Translations under genes and position numbers: made by a program
Part shown: piece by piece, positions 14,863 to 23,764 of the stretch
Position numbering within the stretch: position 1 is the stretch's first letter
Layout of the letters: every line of letters begins with the position of its first letter
The notes under the pieces: model-generated
The model's input: the letters and a program-made list of their open reading frames with translations, nothing else
Told to the model about the DNA's origin: nothing
The model's database searches: none
Source: Candidatus Heimdallarchaeota archaeon B3_Heim
GTDB taxonomy: Archaea; Asgardarchaeota; Heimdallarchaeia; Hodarchaeales; Hodarchaeaceae
Length of the DNA stretch: 32,000 nucleotides
Reading direction: 5' to 3'
Assembly: GCA_003144275.1 (NCBI GenBank)
Contig: NJBF01000003.1
Location: 1-32,000, forward strand

Positions 14863-16653
14863 ATGGGTTATATGGGCAAATATCTAGAGGTTAATTTGAA
14901 CACAGAAAAAATCGCGGAGAAAACAATCGATAAATCATATGGTAAGACATGGATCGGAGGGAAGGGACTCGGAGCAAAAATCCTCTATGATACTCTATCG
15001 CCAAAAGTTGATCCCTTCAGTCCAGAAAATGTATTATTGCTGATGACTGGACCGTTAACAGGAACTTCAGTTCAAACTTCAGGACGGTGGACTGTTGTTA
15101 CTAAATCACCTCATACTGGGATCTTCTTAGATAGCCATGTAGGAGGAAAATTTGGTCACCGCCTAAAACGAGCAGGTTTTGATTATATTACCATTGAAGG
15201 CCAAGCTGCAGAACCAAAATATTTAGAGGTTACATCCGACGGTATAGATCTTCATACAGCCACTGATTACTGGGGAAAAGGGACATATGAAACAGAATCG
15301 TTACTTAAGAAGCAGCATCCAGGGGGTGAAGTGTGTGCTATTGGCCCAGCCGGCGAAAATCTGGTAACTTTCGCTAATATTGTCACAGACCGAACTCACA
15401 CAGCAGGACGCGGAGGAGCAGGAGCAGTCATGGGTTCGAAGAACCTGAAGGCAATTGTTACCCATGGTACTGAAAAAATAGAGGCTAATGATCCAGAGCA
15501 ATTCAAGAAACTTACTCGAACTTTTACAAAGAAGGTCCGCAATAATCCTGGAGTAAAACGCCGGCATGAAATTGGTACTGTCATGTGGGTTAAAATGGCG
15601 AATGAGGCTGGATTTCTTCCCACGCACAACTTCCAAGCAGGAGTATTCGAGGACGCAGACAAAGTTTCAGGAGAGCGTATGCGTGACGAATTTGTGGTGG
15701 GACATACAGCTTGTTATCGATGCAGTATTGCGTGCGGAAAAACCACTCGCTTTGACCAGGGAAAGTACGCTGGACTTGAAGTAGATGGTCCGGAATACGA
15801 AACTACTGCTCTTCTTGGAGCAAGTTGTGGTCTAAATGATCTGGGAGCGATTGCAAAGGCAAATGAGATCTGTGACGATTTAGGCATTGATACGATCACT
15901 GCAGGTGGTACCATAGCGTTTGCAATGGAGGCCACAGAAAAAGGACTGCTCCGTCAAAATGAAATTGATACACTTGAATTTGGAAATGATGATGCTGTCC
16001 ATGCAATGCTTCGACTATTAGCTTTTAGAAAAGGAATTGGTGACTTTTTTGCCCAAGGATCATTATCTGCCGCCAAAAAATTAGGCCATGACAGTAGTTC
16101 GTACGCAATTCAAGTAAAAGGACTAGAATTAGCGGGTGTTGAACCCCGTGGATCTTTTGGAATGGCTTTAGCATATGCTACTTCAGATAGAGGTGGATGT
16201 CATCAAAGATGTTGGACTCCTGGTGCAGAATTGGATGGACGATTGACGCGGTTCTCATTTGAAGGAGTTCCTCAATTTGTTAAAGCTTCGCAGGACGAGA
16301 GAGCGGCCTGTTATTCGCTCGTCGTATGTGATTTTCTTCCCTTTGATGTCCCCGAAATGGTTGAGATGTTGAATGCGGCTACAGGCTTTGATTATTCAGA
16401 AGAAAGTTATTTATTAACTGGAGAACGAATCTGGAATCTTACTCGCACGTTCAATGTACGTGAAGGGATTTCAGCGAAAAATGATGTACTTCCTAATCGA
16501 TTCTCGCAGGAAGCGGCTCCTAAAGGAGATCCTAAAGGCCAACTTATCAAGCAAAGCGATTTTGAAAGCGCAAAAGGTGAATATTACTCTCTTCGAGGTT
16601 GGAATACCAATGGAGTCCCAACACCTGAAAAAATTGATAAGTTAGGAATATAA
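14863..16653 (+). CDS. aor: Tungsten-containing aldehyde:ferredoxin oxidoreductase family protein
   Basis: GGKGLG, AGRGGAGAVMGSKNLKAI, Fe-S ligands CYRCSIAC, GPEYET, DDLGIDTI, SDRGGCH, GERIWNLTRTFNVREG, EYYSLRGW. Confidence 0.95.
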   Translation: MGYMGKYLEVNLNTEKIAEKTIDKSYGKTWIGGKGLGAKILYDTLSPKVDPFSPENVLLLMTGPLTGTSVQTSGRWTVVTKSPHTGIFLDSHVGGKFGHRLKRAGFDYITIEGQAAEPKYLEVTSDGIDLHTATDYWGKGTYETESLLKKQHPGGEVCAIGPAGENLVTFANIVTDRTHTAGRGGAGAVMGSKNLKAIVTHGTEKIEANDPEQFKKLTRTFTKKVRNNPGVKRRHEIGTVMWVKMANEAGFLPTHNFQAGVFEDADKVSGERMRDEFVVGHTACYRCSIACGKTTRFDQGKYAGLEVDGPEYETTALLGASCGLNDLGAIAKANEICDDLGIDTITAGGTIAFAMEATEKGLLRQNEIDTLEFGNDDAVHAMLRLLAFRKGIGDFFAQGSLSAAKKLGHDSSSYAIQVKGLELAGVEPRGSFGMALAYATSDRGGCHQRCWTPGAELDGRLTRFSFEGVPQFVKASQDERAACYSLVVCDFLPFDVPEMVEMLNAATGFDYSEESYLLTGERIWNLTRTFNVREGISAKNDVLPNRFSQEAAPKGDPKGQLIKQSDFESAKGEYYSLRGWNTNGVPTPEKIDKLGI

Positions 16654-16681
16654 TATACTCAATAATTGAGGTGGACAGGTA

Positions 16682-18523
16682 GTGACGAAAAGATCGGCTA
16701 TTTCAGGTGTTTTTCTTTTTTGCATCCTAACATTAATTGGAACGTTTTGTTTATCCATATCTGATTTTCCTCTTGGAGATTTCGACCAGTTCATTCCTAA
16801 TCCTCGCTACAAAGCTTCTCAGTGGACCTCTCATTCCCCAATTTTTGTTCATGGGATTACTAACTTTACTCAAACTGCAAATGCAGAGAGTTGGTCTGGT
16901 GATGGAACTAGAGCAAATCCTTATATAATTGAAGGTTATAATATTTCCAATTCTGGGTCACTAATTGTTATTCAGGACAGTCCTTTGTATTTTAAGATCA
17001 GGGACTGTTTTTTGAATGAAACATCACGAGTTGGAAGGGGAATTGTTATCTCAGGTTCTTCTAATGGAATTATCGAAGATAACATGCTTTTTGGTTCATA
17101 TTATGGAATCGAGTTGTACAATAGTGATTATACAACGATTCAGGGAAACCAAATTACTAATTCAAGTATTGGAATAATTTTGAACTCGTCCGATTCGAAT
17201 GACATCACACACAATGGACTAGCAAATAATTTAGATTATGGTATCTCAATATTAGATGGATCAAATTTAAACACAATTGCATGGAATTCATTTTTTTATA
17301 ATGGGGGCATTTCTTCTGAAGCATTTGACGCTGGTGTAAATAATATCTTTGTTTTCAATCATTGGGGAGCATTAACTTCTCCTGATAATAACGCTGACGA
17401 AATTGTTGACGTTCCATATATGTTAGATGGTACAGCAAACAACAGAGACGCGTACCCGTTGATAAGTAATTATCCAGATATTCATGAAATGTTGGAGCCT
17501 AAGGTCTTATTTCCCAATGGTGGAGTTGTAAATACATCAGGTATTATTTCCATTCAATGGCTGAAAGCAGTTGATTATATGGGTCATCCAATCTCATATT
17601 CTTTGGAATACTCTGAAGATGGTGGATCCAATTGGATTCAAATTATAGCTGGATTATCTCTCAATTATTTCGAATGGGATGTTTCAAATACAAGCACAGA
17701 TTTGACGTACATAATTCGTTTAACAGCAACATGTTCTGAGACTCTATCAAAATCAGATCTTTCTGATAACTCCTTTAGTATAAATGTTGATCCTTCTTTC
17801 ACAAACACTGTTACTAGTACCCAAACCAATACCGTATCTCAACCTTCTGAAACAACTAGCAGTTCTTTCGGAACAAATCTTTCAGATTTTATCCCACCAA
17901 CCCTTATTATTTCACTATTTCTATTAGGACTTATTGTAGTATATCGCTATAGGAAAACTTCCTCCCTTGAACCAAAACTCGTCTCTCTTCGTGATCTCAA
18001 ACGAAATCGCGCAGTTCCTATTAAAACTCTTACTGAGGACTTAGAATGTAGTCGTTTAGATCTACCACGGAAGATAAAACATGAAATAGGAGATAAAAAA
18101 TATTCCTTAGTTCTCCGTTCTGATATGATAGTTTTAGAAGATAATCCCCCCTCTGATTCTATGTGTCAACTCTGTGCTGGAAAGTTAGAAGGTTTAGCAT
18201 ACTTTCAGTGTAAAAGCTGCATGAGATATGTATGTGCACCCCATTATGTGGATCTCAAGAAAATAGATGAAGAGAAGTGTCCCAATTGTAATGATCAACT
18301 TTCAATTTTTCCATTCACATGTGAGGGTTGCAAATTAGATTATAATCAAACGATCGATTTAAAAGACAACTCTGAGAAGTGTAAATTATGCGGGTTTTCT
18401 TTACCTTCCCAAAATCAACTCATTGCTGATAACACAAGGAATATCTCCTCTACAATGGACAGAGATATCATGAAGGACGAATTTGAGGATAAAGACAAAA
18501 TTTCAACCAAATACGATTCCTAA
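16682..18523 (+). CDS. Single-pass cell-surface protein: NosD/parallel beta-helix, Ig/FN3-like domain, S/T linker, TM, cytoplasmic RING-like and zinc-ribbon domains
   Basis: GTG start after GAGGTG. Signal peptide; DGTRANPYIIEGYNI and repeated GIxL/N-x-I coils; KVLFPNGG Ig-like start; TM at about 17890-17945 followed by RYRK; 12 Cys/His ligands in the tail. Confidence 0.8.
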   Translation: MTKRSAISGVFLFCILTLIGTFCLSISDFPLGDFDQFIPNPRYKASQWTSHSPIFVHGITNFTQTANAESWSGDGTRANPYIIEGYNISNSGSLIVIQDSPLYFKIRDCFLNETSRVGRGIVISGSSNGIIEDNMLFGSYYGIELYNSDYTTIQGNQITNSSIGIILNSSDSNDITHNGLANNLDYGISILDGSNLNTIAWNSFFYNGGISSEAFDAGVNNIFVFNHWGALTSPDNNADEIVDVPYMLDGTANNRDAYPLISNYPDIHEMLEPKVLFPNGGVVNTSGIISIQWLKAVDYMGHPISYSLEYSEDGGSNWIQIIAGLSLNYFEWDVSNTSTDLTYIIRLTATCSETLSKSDLSDNSFSINVDPSFTNTVTSTQTNTVSQPSETTSSSFGTNLSDFIPPTLIISLFLLGLIVVYRYRKTSSLEPKLVSLRDLKRNRAVPIKTLTEDLECSRLDLPRKIKHEIGDKKYSLVLRSDMIVLEDNPPSDSMCQLCAGKLEGLAYFQCKSCMRYVCAPHYVDLKKIDEEKCPNCNDQLSIFPFTCEGCKLDYNQTIDLKDNSEKCKLCGFSLPSQNQLIADNTRNISSTMDRDIMKDEFEDKDKISTKYDS

Positions 18524-18527
18524 TTCA

Positions 18528-19943
18528 CTAGCTTTTGAATTTCCAGATGGTTCCTTCAGGTTTATCTTCGAGCTGAATATTCAAGTCAGTTAAAGAGCTT
18601 CTTATTTTATCTGCCAGTTCATACTGTTTTACTACTCGTAAATCAGCCCGTAACTCAATAAGTAATTCTACAAGAGCAGGAAGAGACGATTCTCCTGTAG
18701 TTGTAGTCGTATCTAACCGAACTCCTAATACACCCATAAGAGTGATAATTTTTTCTTGAGCTTGTTTTAAGATTGTCTTTTTATTATCTAATGAGTTGTT
18801 AACTTTCTTGATAAATTGCATTATTGCTTGAATAGCCCCTACGGTATTTAGATCTTCATCCATGGCTTTGATAAATGCCTCTTCAACCTCAGTAATAGCT
18901 GCCTTTAAACCAGTTTTCTTTCCACCTGGTGCGTGCTCAAGTGATGCAACAGCGGTTCGTAGTCTATCAAGGAGAATTTGTGTCTGTTTGAGGACATCTT
19001 GATTAAAATCTACAGCTTTTCGATAATGTCCGTTTACTAAGAATAGTCGGACTAACATAGGATCATTTTTCTGGAGTAATTCTCGGACCAAAATGTAGTT
19101 TCCTTTAGATTTTCCCATTCGCTCTCCATCTACAGTTAAAAAAGCAGCATGTAGCCACATATTGCAGAACTTTTTTCCTGTCCTGGCTTCAGATTGAGCA
19201 ATTTCATTATCATGATGAAGATTAAGGTGGTCTATACCACCTGAATGAATATCTAGAGTGTCTCCTAGATATTTCTGAGACATAACGCTGCACTCGAGAT
19301 GCCAACCAGGGTAACCCAGTCCCCATGGGGATGTCCACTTCATCAAATGTTCTGGAGGAGCACGTATCCACAAAGCGAAATCCCGTGGATTTTTCTTGTC
19401 TGGATTAACCGCAATTCTCGCTTCTGCTGATTCCTCTTCGTAACGTGTAGGACTCAGCTGACCATACGTCGGAAATTTAGTTGTGTCAAAATAAATTGAT
19501 CCATTTACCTCGTAGGCGTATCCTTTGTCAAGTAGATCTTTTACATGATCAATTTGTTCTACAATATGCCCTGAAGCACGAGGGTAGATATCAGCACGCT
19601 GTATATTTAAAGGGTCAATATCATCATAAAAACTTCTGATATTTGTTTCTACCAATACCATTGGTTCAATATTCTTGTCTCTTGCACTTTTTATGATTTT
19701 ATCTTCTCCTTCGTCTGCGTCATCGGTTAAATGACCCACATCAGTGAAATTTTGAACCCAAAATACATCATATCCTCTCCACCGTAAGTATCTGACAAGA
19801 ACATCCCAGAATGAATATGTCCTAGCATTACCTATATGCATATCAAGATAAATAGTCTGGCCACATGAATAAAAGCGGATTTTATTCTTTTCTATTGGTT
19901 TGAGTTCTTCAATCTGTCGTGTAAGGGAATTATAAAGTCTCAT
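18528..19943 (-). CDS. cysS: Cysteine--tRNA ligase
   Basis: FYSCGQTIY, HIGH motif HIGNART, NFTDVGH, PWGLGYPGWHLECS, GGIDHLNLHHDNEIAQSE, KMSKS equivalent RMGKSKGN, YELADKIRSSL. Confidence 0.97.
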   Translation of the reverse strand: MRLYNSLTRQIEELKPIEKNKIRFYSCGQTIYLDMHIGNARTYSFWDVLVRYLRWRGYDVFWVQNFTDVGHLTDDADEGEDKIIKSARDKNIEPMVLVETNIRSFYDDIDPLNIQRADIYPRASGHIVEQIDHVKDLLDKGYAYEVNGSIYFDTTKFPTYGQLSPTRYEEESAEARIAVNPDKKNPRDFALWIRAPPEHLMKWTSPWGLGYPGWHLECSVMSQKYLGDTLDIHSGGIDHLNLHHDNEIAQSEARTGKKFCNMWLHAAFLTVDGERMGKSKGNYILVRELLQKNDPMLVRLFLVNGHYRKAVDFNQDVLKQTQILLDRLRTAVASLEHAPGGKKTGLKAAITEVEEAFIKAMDEDLNTVGAIQAIMQFIKKVNNSLDNKKTILKQAQEKIITLMGVLGVRLDTTTTTGESSLPALVELLIELRADLRVVKQYELADKIRSSLTDLNIQLEDKPEGTIWKFKS

Positions 19944-20194
19944 AATGTAACACCTATGTTTATACCCACTTTTATATGATTTTAGTGACCTCTAGTAACA
20001 ATGGTTACTTTAAATCTTTGATTTGGAAAAATGTTCAGTTCTTAATATTTTATTTGATAAGAAATTTAGATCTTTCCAGATACTATCTCGGAAAAGTTGT
20101 CTTTGGGATATAATGTTTTTGTTTTTGGCAACATTTTTTTATGCCAATTTACATTTCCTCCATTGAATAGAAGTTAAGAAGGGAAAAATCTGTC

Positions 20195-20998
20195 ATGAAA
20201 GACAATCTCGGTTGCTTTGATTGGAGTGCTTCATTTTATAATGAAACTCGAGCACTTCCTTCAGGATTATATCAAGATATAAGTAACTCATTGAAAGAAA
20301 CAGTTCCACTTAGCTTATCTATGAAATGTTTGGAAATCGGGGTAGGAACAGGCAGAATAGCACATTGTATAGCAAACGCTTTTTCTACTGAGGTGTATGG
20401 CGTAGGTATTTCACAATCGATGTTGCATCAATGCCTGAAAAATCCTGCTGTGAGCGAAACGTTAGCTTTAATTGCCGCGGATGGAAATCATCTACCTTTT
20501 AAGTCAAAATTTGACTTGATATTGACTTCACATGTTCTACACCAAGTGAAAGATCACTTTCAGCTCGTTGGTAGTATATTAAATTCCCTATCCTCCTCTG
20601 GAGTTTATATAGATCTAAATGCGTATATTGATCATGAGCAGTCGTTACCATTTAAAATATTTTATGAACGTTTATTAGAGGAAGGATATAGGCATTATTT
20701 TAAAAATGACTCAATTAGAAAAGGACTAAAAGTGTTCTTTAGCCAGAGAGGATGGATATATCGCGAACTTAATCTTAAACGATCCTACAGCATCACCATT
20801 AATACTTTAGTTCGATTTCTCAAGAACAAAGTGTTTTAACATCAACGACGAATTCCAGAACGAGTTTATGCTAAAGCCCTAGCATATCTTTATGAAACAT
20901 TAGATACTCGAAATGTTGATCTCTCTCAAGTGATTGAATTACCAGCTTATGCGCATCTTCTAGTTTTCACATCCCCTACTGGGCGTGACCAAATATAA
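20195..20998 (+). pseudogene. Class I SAM-dependent methyltransferase interrupted by an in-frame TAA
   Basis: Motif I CLEIGVGTGRI; ADGNHLPF; FDLILTSHVLH. TAA at 20837-20839 is followed by 52 more open in-frame codons to TAA 20996-20998. The post-I motif reads GVGIS rather than the usual GVDIS. Confidence 0.7.
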
Positions 20999-21005
20999 CT
21001 AGTAA

Positions 21006-21743
21006 TTAAGGTTCAGTGGGTGCTTTTTGAGGGGAGTAAAGAAAGGTCTTTTCGAAAAGCGTCCAAATAGCAGCAAAGATGGCTCCTATGGTATACAAAA
21101 CTATGGTCCAACTGAAGAGATTCAAACTGGGAAGCAGAATAGGGTATAAAATAAGTATGATCCAGAAAAAGTATACGTTTCCAAAAGATACAACTCTTGG
21201 TTCATCAAGAATAAAATTACCCCACACAGCCATCAAAGCTACCCACCGCTCTGCTCCATACATTAGGAATAACATGAACCAAATATTTAATGGGCCAAAT
21301 TCCCAAGATCCGAGCGTTAGGGTAAATTGGCCAGCGGTATCCTGTATATGTAATCCTAATGCAAGAAAAAAAATGTACCCTTTTCCCTCTTCTAGAACAC
21401 TATCTAACCATTCTCCATTTTTGCTTGAAGCATTACGTAAACGTGCAAGCATTCCATCCAACGTATCTACATATGCTGCAAACCAGTAAGTAAATCCAAC
21501 AATAAAAAGCAAGATAATATTGCTTTCAGCTACAATGAGTAAGCCTGCTCCAAGAAGAACAAAACAAAAGCCAAACCAAGTAAGACGATTAGGTGTGATG
21601 AATGTATATGGTTCAAGACGGGTTATAATTGGTCTTGCTAATATTCTGTAAAACTTAACAGTAATATCTTCCTTTTTGTATTCTTGTGATGAATCTTTTT
21701 CATCAAATGAACGTCCTCGAGCTAAAATTCGTTGAAGTGACAT
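21006..21743 (-). CDS. CDP-alcohol phosphatidyltransferase family protein
   Basis: ITPNRLT, signature DTLDGMLAR-x8-GEWLDSVLE, multiple TM helices. Confidence 0.9.
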   Translation of the reverse strand: MSLQRILARGRSFDEKDSSQEYKKEDITVKFYRILARPIITRLEPYTFITPNRLTWFGFCFVLLGAGLLIVAESNIILLFIVGFTYWFAAYVDTLDGMLARLRNASSKNGEWLDSVLEEGKGYIFFLALGLHIQDTAGQFTLTLGSWEFGPLNIWFMLFLMYGAERWVALMAVWGNFILDEPRVVSFGNVYFFWIILILYPILLPSLNLFSWTIVLYTIGAIFAAIWTLFEKTFLYSPQKAPTEP

Positions 21744-21865
21744 TTAATATTCCTCTTTCGACGAAAGAGGGGTGATAATAGAATGATAAAAATCATTTCT
21801 GAGGAGGATTTGATCACAAAAGGAATAACAGCAAATCCAGTTCTGATCAGACTGAAGGAATCAGA

Positions 21866-23071
21866 ATGTTAGAAGAAGATAATCAGCTCAATAACAGTAC
21901 AGAAGATACTGAGACTGTAATTCCCCTTCCTCAGATAGTAAGTGAGTTCGATAAAGATCGAAGAGATCTAGCTTTATCTTATACCCGTGCTTTAAGGCAC
22001 TTTGGCTTTAAGATGACAATAGTATCACTCTTTGTGTCCCTCACAATTTTACTCTCGAAGGTTACTGTGGAATTTGAACAAGTTATTAGAACTAGCGTTT
22101 CGGACAATCCGTTCGTTGTTGTTGGGTTGTTTTTCTTTATTTCTTTCATTATCATTACAATAGTGGAACTTCCGATTTCCTATTATACATTCTCACGATA
22201 TTCTAGGAAGTATGGACTGGTCAAGTTGTCAAATAGACATTGGTTAAAGCGTCAACTCAAAGGAGATTTCTTTAGTATTCTAATAGGAATTATACTTTTC
22301 GAGGGTTTTTATTGGATTTTGAGAGCATTTCCCGAAACATGGTGGATAATTGGGACTATTGCACTACTCTTATTTTCATTAATAATGGGAGCCTTAGTCC
22401 CAATATTCATCCTCCCTCATTTCTATAAATTTTCATCTTTAGATGAGACACACCCCGAATTAGCAGCTGAAGTACTTCAAATGGTTGAAACATTGGGAGT
22501 AAAAACAACTAAAGTGTTGAATTGGCGTTTAGGAGAAATTGCAACAGTAGGAAATGCGGGTTTAATGGGATTTGGCTCAACACGACGCATTGTTATTGCT
22601 GATACAATGTTGGAGAAATACACCCCAGAAGAAATAAAATGGGTGCTATTGCATGAAATAGGACATTTTAAACATCACGATATGTGGAGGCAGATACTTA
22701 TCAGCATTTGTACGACAATTTTTATGTTTTTTCTCACTCATATCTTTTTTACACCTATCGCTGATTTCTTAGGATATCCAGGAAATATTGCTTCAATAGG
22801 AAGCTTACCTGTTCTTGGAATTATATTTTTCATGATTTCATCAGTTTTATTTAATGTTCCTTCCCTTGCTTATTCAAGAAAACGGGAAGCTGCTGCTGAT
22901 TCGTACGCATCTTCTTATATCAATAAACCTGCCATTGCAACTAGTCTATTCATAAAGATGGCTGATCAAAACCTTGCAGATATTGATCCTCCTTGGTGGG
23001 AGAAATACTTCTTCATGTCACATCCCCCTATAAAGGAAAGAATGGCTGATAGAAAAGACTCCCAACTTTAG
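21866..23071 (+). CDS. M48 family zinc metallopeptidase (Ste24/HtpX-like)
   Basis: N-terminal TM bundle, NAGLMGFGSTRRIVIADTML, HEIGH zinc motif, SRKREAAADSYA, SHPPIKERM. Confidence 0.93.
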   Translation: MLEEDNQLNNSTEDTETVIPLPQIVSEFDKDRRDLALSYTRALRHFGFKMTIVSLFVSLTILLSKVTVEFEQVIRTSVSDNPFVVVGLFFFISFIIITIVELPISYYTFSRYSRKYGLVKLSNRHWLKRQLKGDFFSILIGIILFEGFYWILRAFPETWWIIGTIALLLFSLIMGALVPIFILPHFYKFSSLDETHPELAAEVLQMVETLGVKTTKVLNWRLGEIATVGNAGLMGFGSTRRIVIADTMLEKYTPEEIKWVLLHEIGHFKHHDMWRQILISICTTIFMFFLTHIFFTPIADFLGYPGNIASIGSLPVLGIIFFMISSVLFNVPSLAYSRKREAAADSYASSYINKPAIATSLFIKMADQNLADIDPPWWEKYFFMSHPPIKERMADRKDSQL

Positions 23072-23165
23072 GAAAGAATTGAAATTAAAACTATCTCAGG
23101 AAATTTGATTGAAAAGGCTTCGAAGGGAGTCTGGAGAAAATGTACGGGGATTATTTCGCAGTCGG

Positions 23166-23378
23166 TCAGTATTTATATGCTCTTTCATCTGTTACAGAGC
23201 TGTTGTATAGTATTAGTTCCCCAATAGTTAAGCTTACGGCAGGGCCATGAGGAATATCAAAATAAGTAGTAAATGGATAAGAAAATGTATGGGCTGCCGT
23301 AGTCTTTGTTATATTTATCGCTTTTCCAGCATAATGGGCTGCTTTTGCTAATCTACAAAAAATCCTCTCTGAAGTCAA
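23166..23378 (-). pseudogene. Fragment of an iron-containing alcohol dehydrogenase (phosphonoacetaldehyde reductase-like)
   Basis: AAHYAGKAINITKTTAAHTFSYPFTTYFDIPHGPAVSLT carries the H-x13-HG metal-binding segment of Fe-ADH enzymes. Only about 55 aa of a roughly 370 aa family is present. Confidence 0.7.
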
Positions 23379-23540
23379 CTGAAATCAGAAAAAGAATGTC
23401 TGGAAAGTGTTCAGAACAACAGACATTTTTCAGAGGTGGAAACTAAAGAAGAAGTTATAAAAATATGTGGTAGAATTCTGCTTTGTTTCTCGAATGAATC
23501 CACTTAAAATCTGATTGATGCTTATGTAAATTGAGAATCT

Positions 23541-23729
23541 ATGTCAATCTTAAACTCAACTGTAACTTGTTCTACTTGTGGCCATGAAAATATGGTTGTT
23601 ATGCCTGAAGACTCTTGTCAATTAGTTTACACATGTCCTGAATGTGATTCAGTTCTCGGACCGAAGAGTGGGGATTGTTGTGTGTTTTGTTCATATGGAG
23701 ATATGAAATGTCCCCCAATGCAGAAATAA
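23541..23729 (+). CDS. GDCCVxC-domain small metal-binding protein
   Basis: 62 aa: CSTCGH, MPEDSC, CPEC, PKSGDCCVFCSYGDMKCPP. All Cys codons are TGT/TGC, so no selenocysteine. Confidence 0.88.
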   Translation: MSILNSTVTCSTCGHENMVVMPEDSCQLVYTCPECDSVLGPKSGDCCVFCSYGDMKCPPMQK

Positions 23730-23764
23730 TTCTCTAAAGTCGTCACAGGAGCTATTTTGGCTGT

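Noticed and set aside
19994-20091. Dyads AGTAAC-N4-GTTACT (19994-20009) and TTCCAGATA/TATCTCGGAA (20072-20091) in the cysS-methyltransferase gap
   Set aside because: Short or imperfect, single occurrences, with no associated regulator; they cannot be distinguished from chance.
20837-20839. Possible programmed stop-codon recoding in the methyltransferase
   Set aside because: The codon is TAA, not TGA or TAG, no SECIS-like hairpin is evident, and a second lesion points to decay.
253-21743. Idea that the kinase-like ORF, CTL-like transporter and CDP-alcohol transferase form a Kennedy-type pathway
   Set aside because: The genes are 9-12 kb apart in different units, no cytidylyltransferase is present, and the kinase lacks the large C-lobe of choline/ethanolamine kinases.
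23395-23427. Inverted repeat AATGTCTG-N17-CAGACATT upstream of the GDCCVxC gene, considered as a MerR-type operator
   Set aside because: No MerR gene is nearby, the position is over 110 nt from the start codon, and there is no supporting promoter geometry.
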